A model generated the notes under the pieces. The model saw only the letters and a program-made list of their open reading frames with translations. It was not told the DNA's origin and did no database searches. Source: an uncultured Nitrospiraceae bacterium (GTDB taxonomy: Bacteria; Nitrospirota; 9FT-COMBO-42-15; HDB-SIOI813). From it: a stretch of DNA of 64,000 nt. This document shows, in pieces, positions 26,995-36,105 of this stretch (positions within the stretch are counted from its first letter, which is position 1; every line of letters begins with the position of its first letter). The translations under genes and the position numbers were made by a program. The DNA is taken from NCBI GenBank assembly GCA_964611625.1, contig CAZTAM010000002.1, positions 89,168 through 153,167 of the forward strand. The letters are read 5' to 3'.

Positions 26995-28833
26995 CTAAAC
27001 TGAAGTTAAATCACGTTGTCTGTAAATCAGAGAACCTGGATCCAGGATAAGGCCAACTTTCCCGTCTCCGGTAATAGTTGCACCAGAGACCTCTTTAATA
27101 TCAGAAAAATATGTCCCTACAGGCTTAATTACAACCTCCTCCTGATGGCATAATTCGTCCACAATAATACCAACCTTCTTTTCGGCTATTGCCATAAGGA
27201 CTACATATACCCAATCTTTATCTGCATCTGCGTAATTGAGCTCAAGTGCATCACTGAGCTTGATAAGTGGTATCAGGCTATTTCTAACATTAAGTATCTG
27301 CTGACCATCTATGTATTTCAGGCTGCTCTTTGAAACTTTGAACGTCTCTAATATGGAAGACAGTGGAAGTGCATACATCTCTCCATTAACCTTAACCATA
27401 AGAACCTGGATTATAGCCAATGTTAACGGTATTTTCAGCGCTACCTGGGTTCCATTGCCATATTCTGAATTGACATCTATAATTCCATTTATACGACCAA
27501 TATTGGTTTTGACAACATCCATACCAACGCCTCTGCCCGAGATATCAGTTACCTTTTCAGCTGTGCTGAAACCAGGCTCAAAAATATAATTTATAATTTC
27601 CTTATGTGAGGGTTTAATATCATTATTTCTAATTAATCCCCGTTCGCGAGCTTTTCTCTCCACTGTCACAGGATCAATACCTTTTCCATCATCCTCAATC
27701 TTTATAACTATAGAATTTCCTTCCTGGAAGGCATTAAGCCTGATAGTACCAGCTTCAGATTTTCCCTGTTTAAGCCTCTCCGAAGGTGTCTCTATCCCAT
27801 GATCGATGGAATTTCTGATTATATGAACTAGTGGGTCACTAAGCTCTTCAATAACCGATTTGTCTATCTCAGTTGACTCGCCATGCATCTCAAGATTGAT
27901 CTTCTTATTAGCCTTTCTGGCAATATCACGCACCATTCGTGGGAATTTATTAAATACCTTTCTTATTGGCACCATCCTCATCTTCATCACCGAGAGCTGA
28001 ATATCAGTTGTAATGAGACTAAGATTAGACGACGTCTCGAGCAAAGCCTTGACTTTCTCGTCCCCTTCGTATAATCCCTCCATTTCTGATAGTATCTTGC
28101 TAAGCCTGTTTCTGCTAAGGACTAATTCTCCAACAAGGTCCATTACATGGTCGAGACGATTTGTATCAATTCTGAGGGTCTGCTCCTTATCGTCACCAGC
28201 GTTTAACATCTGTTTATCCGGATTCTTCTCCCGGGATATATTTGTATCTTCATTGAGTGTTTTTACGGCAGTTTCACAAGATGAAACTTCACCCCCATCA
28301 CCACTACCCTTCTCAAACTTTTCATTCTGAACCTGTTTCAGAATCTCCATGCCTTGCCTCACACCAGACCCTGAAACAAGTTCAGTTTGACATGCCGAAG
28401 TTTCATCAGAAACTGCTGACTCATTTAATGACTTTTCAACGTGTACAGAATATTCTAACAATAATGAAAGCTTCCTCTTGATCGTATTGATATCTATTTG
28501 CTCACCAGTATTATCCTTAATTTCACACATCAAAGTCTTAAGCACATCAACTGATTCCAGTATTATATCAATAGTCTCTGATGTCGCCTGCATCTCCTGC
28601 TGACGAAGTTTGTTTAAGACATTCTCAGACTGATGGGCCACCTCTACCAGACGTGTAAAACCAAGAAATCCTGCAGAACCTTTAATACTGTGAACAGCCC
28701 GGAATATTTCATTAATGAGGCCTAAATCACCCGGGACCTCCTCAAGTTTTACAAAGCATTTATCAAGGCCTTCCAGCACCTCATCTGTCTCAACAACAAA
28801 ATCCCTTATCAACTCCTGCATCTCATCCGCCAT
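26995..28833 (-). CDS. cheA: Chemotaxis histidine kinase CheA
   Basis: The P1 HPt motif is ..RAVHSIKGSAGFLGF. The H-box/ATPase is HLVHIIRNSIDHGIE...GRGVGMDVV. A C-terminal CheW-like domain follows. Confidence 0.92.
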   Translation of the reverse strand: MADEMQELIRDFVVETDEVLEGLDKCFVKLEEVPGDLGLINEIFRAVHSIKGSAGFLGFTRLVEVAHQSENVLNKLRQQEMQATSETIDIILESVDVLKTLMCEIKDNTGEQIDINTIKRKLSLLLEYSVHVEKSLNESAVSDETSACQTELVSGSGVRQGMEILKQVQNEKFEKGSGDGGEVSSCETAVKTLNEDTNISREKNPDKQMLNAGDDKEQTLRIDTNRLDHVMDLVGELVLSRNRLSKILSEMEGLYEGDEKVKALLETSSNLSLITTDIQLSVMKMRMVPIRKVFNKFPRMVRDIARKANKKINLEMHGESTEIDKSVIEELSDPLVHIIRNSIDHGIETPSERLKQGKSEAGTIRLNAFQEGNSIVIKIEDDGKGIDPVTVERKARERGLIRNNDIKPSHKEIINYIFEPGFSTAEKVTDISGRGVGMDVVKTNIGRINGIIDVNSEYGNGTQVALKIPLTLAIIQVLMVKVNGEMYALPLSSILETFKVSKSSLKYIDGQQILNVRNSLIPLIKLSDALELNYADADKDWVYVVLMAIAEKKVGIIVDELCHQEEVVIKPVGTYFSDIKEVSGATITGDGKVGLILDPGSLIYRQRDLTSV

Positions 28834-28936
28834 CTAATCCTCCTGAGAAAACAATCACCATCAGTCAACCCTAAACTCAACCATAAGTTTTCGCTCAGAA
28901 ATGTCCAATTGCAAGGAATGACTTTAAAAGCGACAA

Positions 28937-30064
28937 CTAATCAAAACCGAATTCTTTAAGGATATTATCCACAACATCCTGTTTTAGTGTTGGATTATCA
29001 GAATACTCCTTTAATGAGTTAATATCTTCATTGGAATTCTTAGACTTAAGTCCAAATGTAACGATCAGCTGCAAAAGACGTTTCTCGACATCCTCTATGA
29101 GCCCTACTATAGTCTTGATCTTTTGACCAGTTATATCCTGGAAGGAAAGTCCGGTAATTATGTCCAGAAGTATCTCTCTGTCTTCAGATATCAGATTCTT
29201 TACCTCTTCGAGTGATTTTGACGCATTATTACCACGTTCAGCGGATTCAGCATGATGCATTATCACATCATGATTATCAAGCACCTTCTCTACCTGACTC
29301 ATTATATTGTGAGTTGCCGTCTCCGTTGCTTTGGATATTTCAGATAACTGCATAGACGCCTGTGGTATTTTGTCTGATGCATGAGCAAGATTAGGTTCAG
29401 CAAATTGCATTTTTTTGATAGTAGCATTAATATATCTGGCAATATCTCCTAATTGTCCGTATAATTCTTCTTTTATTTCATGTTTGAAATCGCCCTGAGA
29501 CATTGCCCTGGCTGCATCCACAAGTTCTCCAATATCTTTATAAGTATCATCGTGTGGACTGTAACTGCAACTGTCCTCACACGTTTCCTGAACAGTGTCC
29601 GTAATATAATTGTTTTGGCTGTAGTCCTTGAATAACCTGGCCAGGTCCAGTACAACCGTAATATGGCCATTATTTCTTATGATCCCCCGTATATACTCTG
29701 AGCTCATACTTTTGGTAATTGCAGGCGCTTTCTCAAGGCTATCATCAGGAACTCTGATCACTTCTGAAACAGAATCCACCAGAATGCCTATTTTGTCTTC
29801 GTTAAAACCTACTATAATTATCCTGGTGTCCCGGGTAATTTCTCCCCCGTTTATACCCAGTTTACCACCAAGATCAATGACTGGGATTACAGCGCCGCGC
29901 AGGTCTATAACGCCGAGAACATTGCCAGGCAATTCAGGCATCCGGTTAATATGCTCATACCTGTTGATTTCATGTATGTCCGAGATATCAACTGCAAACC
30001 TTTCACCGCCAACGGAAAACCCGACTAATTGCGATACATGATCAAACTGTTTTTGTACCTGCAT
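28937..30064 (-). CDS. CheW-like domain fused to a CheZ-type CheY-P phosphatase
   Basis: The N-terminal 150 aa are a CheW domain (FAVDISDIHEINRYEHINRMPELPGNVLGVIDLRGAVIPVIDLGGKLG). The C-terminal 200 aa carry SFQDITGQKIKTIVGLIEDVEKRLLQLIV and the terminal KQDVVDNILKEFGFD. From memory these match E. coli CheZ catalytic Gln motif ([24 protein letters not shown]) and its C-terminal CheA-binding peptide (QDQVDDLLDSLGF). Confidence 0.7.
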   Translation of the reverse strand: MQVQKQFDHVSQLVGFSVGGERFAVDISDIHEINRYEHINRMPELPGNVLGVIDLRGAVIPVIDLGGKLGINGGEITRDTRIIIVGFNEDKIGILVDSVSEVIRVPDDSLEKAPAITKSMSSEYIRGIIRNNGHITVVLDLARLFKDYSQNNYITDTVQETCEDSCSYSPHDDTYKDIGELVDAARAMSQGDFKHEIKEELYGQLGDIARYINATIKKMQFAEPNLAHASDKIPQASMQLSEISKATETATHNIMSQVEKVLDNHDVIMHHAESAERGNNASKSLEEVKNLISEDREILLDIITGLSFQDITGQKIKTIVGLIEDVEKRLLQLIVTFGLKSKNSNEDINSLKEYSDNPTLKQDVVDNILKEFGFD

Positions 30065-30110
30065 AATATGGCTCCTTGATCAATTTCACTGAATCATGAT
30101 TTGCGACGAA

Positions 30111-30494
30111 CTATTTATTGTCAAATATCTTTTCAATCTTTTCCTTGAGTACATCAGCTGTAAATGGTTTAACCACATAATTGTCTACTCCTGCTTTTAT
30201 AGCATCCAGGACATTCTCTTTTTTTGCCTCTGCTGTTACCATTAGTACAGGCATTTTGCTCAGCGCATTGTCAGCCCGTATAGCCTTCAGCAGGTCCAAT
30301 CCTGTCATATTTGGCATATTCCAGTCAGACACCACAAGACCATATCCACCCTGTCTTAATCTTGCAAGCGCACTGTTGCCATCTTCAGCCTCATCAATAT
30401 CCGAATAGCCAATCTGTTTAAGGATGTTTTTCACAATTCTTCGCATTGTAGAAAAATCGTCTACCACTAAAACCTTCATCTTAAGATCTAACAT
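30111..30494 (-). CDS. cheY: Chemotaxis response regulator CheY
   Basis: [96 protein letters not shown] is near-collinear with E. coli CheY as recalled from memory. Confidence 0.92.
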   Translation of the reverse strand: MLDLKMKVLVVDDFSTMRRIVKNILKQIGYSDIDEAEDGNSALARLRQGGYGLVVSDWNMPNMTGLDLLKAIRADNALSKMPVLMVTAEAKKENVLDAIKAGVDNYVVKPFTADVLKEKIEKIFDNK

Positions 30495-30867
30495 ATTTGC
30501 ACTCCTCTAAAATTCGGGTTATTTCTTCAACAAGATATTCTTTTGTTATCGGTTTTGACAGGTATGCATTAGCGCCGAGACGCATAAGTTCAGACCGGCG
30601 TAAGCTATCATTCTCTGTCGTCAATATCACGAAGGGAATATTACTGTATGGGGAATTGCTTCGAACCCATTCTATAAGGGCAGCTCCATCCATCTGGGGC
30701 ATATTAAGGTCAGATATAATTATATCAACTTCTGATGACACAAGCTTCTCAATTGCCTCAACACCATTTCCAGCAGCAATTATGTTGTATCCCGCATTCT
30801 TAAGGTATAGAGATAGTATCTTTCTGGTTGTCCTGCAGTCATCTACCACTAACACATATTTCTCCAT
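30481..30867 (-). CDS. Single-domain response regulator receiver (CheY-like, second copy)
   Basis: 128 aa. [40 protein letters not shown] has the D-D-K receiver residues. Confidence 0.8.
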   Translation of the reverse strand: MEKYVLVVDDCRTTRKILSLYLKNAGYNIIAAGNGVEAIEKLVSSEVDIIISDLNMPQMDGAALIEWVRSNSPYSNIPFVILTTENDSLRRSELMRLGANAYLSKPITKEYLVEEITRILEECKYVRS

Positions 30868-30910
30868 ATTACACCATGATCCCTATATTTATTTTCATTA
30901 TTCTATGATG

Positions 30911-31765
30911 CTATTTCTGATAAATCAGCACACTGTTAACACTTACAATTTTAAAAGCCCTCGTGACATTAAACAGCGATTCTGAATGTCCTATGAACAG
31001 ATAGCCGCCCGGAACCAGACTGTTGTACAGACTTGAAATGACTTTTTTTTTGGATGCTTCATCAAAGTATATCAGTACATTCCTGCAGAATATTATGTCC
31101 ATTCCCCGGTACATCCTGATCGCTGAATCGTCTGAAAGATTAATATTGCTGAATCTAACCAGCTTCTTGATTTCCGGTTTTATGATATATTTATTGCCGC
31201 CATCTTTCGTAAAATATTTATTAAGATGTTGGGGAATGACATTACGTACCGAATAATCATTATATTCTCCCCTTCTTGCTGAGCTTAATACTGCCTCGCT
31301 GATATCACTCCCATGTATCTCTATATCCCAATCCTTATACTCAGGAGCAGACAGTTTATCTGTAACCATCATTGATAATGTATAAGGCTCCTCTCCGGTA
31401 GAACATGCGGCGCTCCATATACGTATCTTCCTGCTTCCCTTAGCCTTGATCTTCTGAACTACATCCGGCAGGACTAAAGAATCAAATGCCTGCAGCTGAT
31501 TAGTATCCCTGAAAAAAAAAGTCTCATTGGTTGTTATGATATTAAATAGATTTATGAACTCTTTTTCCTTTCCCGCATCATACTTGAGAAATTCAATATA
31601 TTTTTCGTAATTCTCAAAACCGGCATCCTCAATGCGTCTTGAGAGCCTGTTTTCCAGTATATATTTCTTATTTTCTGGGAAATGCATGCCGCTTCTGTCA
31701 TAAATCATATCTCTCAGAGAGTGATATGCATTATCACTCATTTTAATAGTTTTAGTAGTTAACAT
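30911..31765 (-). CDS. cheR: Chemotaxis methyltransferase CheR
   Basis: ..LRDMIYDRSGMHFPENKKYILENRLSRR.. is the CheR N-terminal domain. ..ETFFFRD..IRIWSAACSTGEEPYTLSM is the SAM-MTase signature. Confidence 0.9.
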   Translation of the reverse strand: MLTTKTIKMSDNAYHSLRDMIYDRSGMHFPENKKYILENRLSRRIEDAGFENYEKYIEFLKYDAGKEKEFINLFNIITTNETFFFRDTNQLQAFDSLVLPDVVQKIKAKGSRKIRIWSAACSTGEEPYTLSMMVTDKLSAPEYKDWDIEIHGSDISEAVLSSARRGEYNDYSVRNVIPQHLNKYFTKDGGNKYIIKPEIKKLVRFSNINLSDDSAIRMYRGMDIIFCRNVLIYFDEASKKKVISSLYNSLVPGGYLFIGHSESLFNVTRAFKIVSVNSVLIYQK

Positions 31766-33737
31766 ATTTTGATGACATCAGCTTATTGTATGCATCTACA
31801 GCAGCATCCCGGATTATCTGATCTTCTTCCGATGCGGCGTTTCGAAGTATATCCTCAGACTCATATACCCTAAGCTCTCCCAATGCCCATATAGCGCTTT
31901 TCCGGACTGTATAATTATCACTGGCGGCAAGCCTGATAATAAAGGAATTAGCTGTTTGTGTCTTCTGTCTTACGAGCCCTTCAATCGCCTTTAATTGAAC
32001 CCATTCGTTATTATCATCAAGCAGCTCAATAAGTTCATCCGTGGCCCTGTAATCCGTGCATTCACTTAACAATTGAGCCACTATCATTCGAACTTCTTCC
32101 TTTTCATCATGAGCAGCTATTATCAGATTTTCAATAAAATTATTCTTTTTGGTACAGCTGAGAGTTTCCAGGCATGCCCTTCTTACTCTCCAGTTTTCAT
32201 CATTCAATAAACCGATTATAAGCTCTTCAGAATCAATCCATTCTAATTCCCCCAATCCACGCACTATTATTTCTCTTACAGAGGGATTTTTGCTGTTCAG
32301 ACTGGCTAAAAGACCCTCAGCCAGCTCCTGCCTCTTATATCTCCGCCCTATTTCGATTAACACATCAACTATCTTACCAATTACATTGTGATACTCCTCG
32401 ACCCAAAGCTGTTTTAAAAGAGGCTGTATCACAACTATTGATTCAATTGATCCCAGAGCCTCAACTGCCGCCTCCCTGATATGTCCTTCACCGTCTGACA
32501 GATGCTCCGAAATAAAACTGAGTGCCTTTTTACCGCCAATATTACCCATGGCGTAAAGAATCTCCTTTTTAAGATCTCTCTCAACGTCTTCAAATAAAGA
32601 TGCAAGCGATGAAAGAGATTTTACAGATCTTCTGAGACCAAGCACCTTTACAGAAACCCACCTTCTCGTATGATTTTCATGACTGAGTGAGTCAATAAGC
32701 GTATTCTCATCACAAACAATATCCACCAACTCAACCGTTTTATTTACCATATCCTGGTTTTCAATGTCTATAATCTCAGTAAGTTTCATAACCTCTCTGG
32801 AACACTTGCTTCCATCAACTGTTATAAAGGCCTGCAGGATGTGCATTATATTTTCAGGCTGCGTTCCATCAATGGTATCAGCAACCCTGGCGAGATGAGT
32901 AATAAATTCATCCCTGCCAAGCTCATCAATTAGGGAGCAAATGTTTCCCTGAGTCATGGTTACTATACCCATTACAGCTGTATCCATTATTTCCTGATTA
33001 ACAATATCTATTATCTCAAGCATTCCGGCTACAGACTCTTTACCTCCTATATGGGATAAAGCATCAATAGCCATTGACTGAACATCAATATTGTCTGAAG
33101 ACTTGATTAGATTAACAAGTGGTCTGATAGCCTTACTGTTACCTTGTCTTCCAAGTGATTCAACAGCAAACAGTGTAACCCAATCGTCCCGCCCAAGAAG
33201 ATCAATGAGGTAGTCTACTATCGACTGGTCAGTAATCCTGCCAAGTCCTTCAATTGCAGAACTTCTCACATTGTCATTATTATCTTTTAGCATCTCAATC
33301 AGGATTGGCGTCGCAGCAGGAAGTTCCAGCCGGCCAAGGATATCCGCTATCATCTTACGAACATCCTCGTCTCTGTCATTTATATGAGCATGAAGTAGTC
33401 CGAGCCCGCTGCCTCCTGTCTTCTCAAGTATCTCCTGTGCCAGATTTTTTACAGCTACGCGTTTGTCAGCCAACAGGGGGAGAAGATTATACACTGCAGC
33501 TTCATCATCATAAACAAGCAGTGCTTCCATAGCTGCCTGTTGAACACCAAGGTCATCATCCTGCAGTGACTTAATAAGAGGATAAAGCAGCCTGCCATCC
33601 CTGATGCCGGTTATCATCCTGATAGCATCGCAGCGGATGACACTATCATTATCACCGATCAGCTTCAATGACATATGTATATCCTGTTCAGAACCGGCCA
33701 TCATGGCAACCCTTTTATCGGAAACATCACAGAGCAC
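31752..33737 (-). CDS. HEAT-repeat (PBS-lyase-like) protein embedded in the che operon
   Basis: 661 aa with many ..D.DVR..A..ALG.IG.. repeats, e.g. DEDVRKMIADILGRL, DNVRSSAIEGLGRI, NWRVRRACLETLS, EEVRMIVAQLLS. It overlaps cheR by 14 nt. Confidence 0.7.
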   Translation of the reverse strand: MLCDVSDKRVAMMAGSEQDIHMSLKLIGDNDSVIRCDAIRMITGIRDGRLLYPLIKSLQDDDLGVQQAAMEALLVYDDEAAVYNLLPLLADKRVAVKNLAQEILEKTGGSGLGLLHAHINDRDEDVRKMIADILGRLELPAATPILIEMLKDNNDNVRSSAIEGLGRITDQSIVDYLIDLLGRDDWVTLFAVESLGRQGNSKAIRPLVNLIKSSDNIDVQSMAIDALSHIGGKESVAGMLEIIDIVNQEIMDTAVMGIVTMTQGNICSLIDELGRDEFITHLARVADTIDGTQPENIMHILQAFITVDGSKCSREVMKLTEIIDIENQDMVNKTVELVDIVCDENTLIDSLSHENHTRRWVSVKVLGLRRSVKSLSSLASLFEDVERDLKKEILYAMGNIGGKKALSFISEHLSDGEGHIREAAVEALGSIESIVVIQPLLKQLWVEEYHNVIGKIVDVLIEIGRRYKRQELAEGLLASLNSKNPSVREIIVRGLGELEWIDSEELIIGLLNDENWRVRRACLETLSCTKKNNFIENLIIAAHDEKEEVRMIVAQLLSECTDYRATDELIELLDDNNEWVQLKAIEGLVRQKTQTANSFIIRLAASDNYTVRKSAIWALGELRVYESEDILRNAASEEDQIIRDAAVDAYNKLMSSKYVNY

Positions 33738-33771
33738 CTTAATAGTTATATCTCCCTGTATAATCCCGGAG

Positions 33772-35082
33772 TTATACCCTTTTACATTTTATTGATATCT
33801 TTGCAACTACGGGATCAATTTTATGAAAATTCCTTATTTTTTCCAGGTGAACCGGCCTGATAACTTCACCGCTGGCCATTAATAGAAGGCCTCTCTTAGT
33901 CCTGACATCTGAGACAAGAAGCATCCCCTCTTTCAGTTCAGAAACATCAATCTCGAAGATGTCTGTCTCTATCTCCTCATGTCTGAATTCATGAAGAACC
34001 TCATTAAATTTACCAACCAGCACCGGGTCAAACCTTTTGCCGGCGTTATTTTCAAGTACGTAAAGCGCCCTATCCACTGAATAACGTTCCCCCCCATCAG
34101 CTGGATTAATCAACTCATCAAATAAGCCGGCTATAGCAATAATCCTTGAGCCCGCCGGAATACTGTCCCCCCTGAGTTTATCCGGGTAGCCTGAGCCGTC
34201 ATATCTCTCGTGATGATGCCTTATTAGAATAGAAGCTGGCAGAAGCTTCTTAATATGCTGCAGAGAAGTCTGCGCTAGTAAAGGATGCTGCTGAATAAGC
34301 ACCATCTCAGTAGGGTCAAGTTCTGACTCCCTTTTTCTCAGCATCTTCTCAGGAAAACCGAGTGTTCCTATATCTTCAAGCAATGATGCAGCCTCTATGT
34401 CAAGTATTTCATCTTGCGGTAAACCTGCCTTCTCTGCCAGCCTGCGTGAAAGCGCAGCGACACGTTTACAGTGGCTTACGAGATATGGGCTCTTCAGTTC
34501 CAAGAGGCTCATAAATACCATGACAAAGTCAATGAAGTTCTGCTCAAGTTCCCTGTAAAGTGATTCTACCTCTTTAGTCCTTTCTGCAACTTTCTCACCC
34601 AGATTGAAGTTAAGGTCATTTAACTCAAGGTTCTGTCTCTGTGTTAAGGCATGCAGTTCCCTGTTTTCTTCAATAAGCTCATAATGAAGTATGGCATCCT
34701 TTACAATGCATCTTATTTCATCATCATCCCAGGGCTTTGTAATAAACCTGTAAACCTCTCCGTGATTTATGGCATTCATCACTGCCTGCATGTCGGCATA
34801 ACCTGTAAGCATCATCCTTAAGGTATCAGGATATTTCTTTCTGACCTCACTGAGAAACTCTGCACCTTCCATACCTGGCATTCTGTGGTCTGAAAGAACG
34901 ACAGATATCTTTTCATTTTCTATGACTGATAGTCCCTCAACGCCGCTATTAGCCGTAATTATCCTGTACTGCTCCTTCCGGAATGTTCTCTTAAGGGCAT
35001 TAAGAATATTCTCTTCATCATCAACAAAGAGCAAAGAATGGATTCGCTCCGTACCAGTTTCAGTACTCATTATGACTTTCAA
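33772..35082 (-). CDS. Response regulator with HD-GYP c-di-GMP phosphodiesterase domain (RpfG-like)
   Basis: The N-terminal REC reads LLFVDDEENILNAL..D.. The C-terminal HD-GYP domain has ..HHHERYDGSGYPDKLRGDSIP. Confidence 0.85.
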   Translation of the reverse strand: MKVIMSTETGTERIHSLLFVDDEENILNALKRTFRKEQYRIITANSGVEGLSVIENEKISVVLSDHRMPGMEGAEFLSEVRKKYPDTLRMMLTGYADMQAVMNAINHGEVYRFITKPWDDDEIRCIVKDAILHYELIEENRELHALTQRQNLELNDLNFNLGEKVAERTKEVESLYRELEQNFIDFVMVFMSLLELKSPYLVSHCKRVAALSRRLAEKAGLPQDEILDIEAASLLEDIGTLGFPEKMLRKRESELDPTEMVLIQQHPLLAQTSLQHIKKLLPASILIRHHHERYDGSGYPDKLRGDSIPAGSRIIAIAGLFDELINPADGGERYSVDRALYVLENNAGKRFDPVLVGKFNEVLHEFRHEEIETDIFEIDVSELKEGMLLVSDVRTKRGLLLMASGEVIRPVHLEKIRNFHKIDPVVAKISIKCKRV

Positions 35083-36100
35083 TTACCTCCAGAAATGTGT
35101 TCAATATATATGGATCAAATTGAGTACCCCTTCCCTTCTCCAGAATCCTGTAAACCTCATCCATTGGCATAACAGATCTGTATGGCCTGCTGCATGTCAG
35201 GGAATCATAGACATCTATAATAAACACTATTCTTGACGATACAGGAATTGCATCACCCTTGAGGCCATCAGGATAGCCGGAACCATCGAAATGTTCATGA
35301 TGGTGCCTGACTATTCTTGCTACATCATCAAGCCCATGCATAAATGATATAATTGACGCACCTATTATGGGGTGTTTCTCAACCTGCGTCCTCTCTTCCT
35401 CTGTAAGGGGACCATTCTTCTTGAAAATACTGCAATCAATACCTATATTACCTATGTCATGCAGTCTTGTTGCAACATATAAATTCTTGAGATCTGAATC
35501 ATTAAAATTAAGTTTCTGCCCAATAATATGGCTTATAGCATACAAATCATCCACATTAGTCGGCACACATGAGTACTTTTCCCGTGATACATAACTCAGC
35601 ATCTCTACAGTTCGGATGATATATTCCTGAATCTCCTCTATTTTCTCGGTCAGCTGCATGTTCGCATTTTTCAACTCATCATTCTGCCTTCTTACATCAT
35701 CCAGCAGTTTCTTGTTGTCACTCTGCAGCTCATATCTTTCCAGGGCATATCGTACTTCCGACTTTAAAATGTCATCTTCCCATGGTTTGGTAAGAAACTT
35801 ATAAATACCACCGTCATTTATTGCTGATATTATTGTGGAACAGTCTGCATAACCGCTAAGAATCATCCTTATCGCATCAGGCCTCAGACTCATTGCCTCA
35901 TGCAAAAAAGTTACACCATCCATATCCGGCATACGATAATCCGATATAATCAGATGGACATTATGTTCCTGAAGAAGTTTTAGCGCATCGCCGGGATTGT
36001 CACACTTCAGGATATGATATTTATCCTTCCTGAAGACCCTGTAAATCGCGTTCAACACGCTTACCTCATCATCAACCAGCAGTATAGTATAATCACCCAT
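35060..36100 (-). CDS. Second response regulator with HD-GYP domain
   Basis: REC (ILLVDDEVSVLNAI..) plus HD-GYP (..HHHEHFDGSGYPDGLKGDAIP). A tandem paralog of the previous gene. Confidence 0.85.
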   Translation of the reverse strand: MGDYTILLVDDEVSVLNAIYRVFRKDKYHILKCDNPGDALKLLQEHNVHLIISDYRMPDMDGVTFLHEAMSLRPDAIRMILSGYADCSTIISAINDGGIYKFLTKPWEDDILKSEVRYALERYELQSDNKKLLDDVRRQNDELKNANMQLTEKIEEIQEYIIRTVEMLSYVSREKYSCVPTNVDDLYAISHIIGQKLNFNDSDLKNLYVATRLHDIGNIGIDCSIFKKNGPLTEEERTQVEKHPIIGASIISFMHGLDDVARIVRHHHEHFDGSGYPDGLKGDAIPVSSRIVFIIDVYDSLTCSRPYRSVMPMDEVYRILEKGRGTQFDPYILNTFLEVIESHNEY

Positions 36101-36105
36101 AAGCT

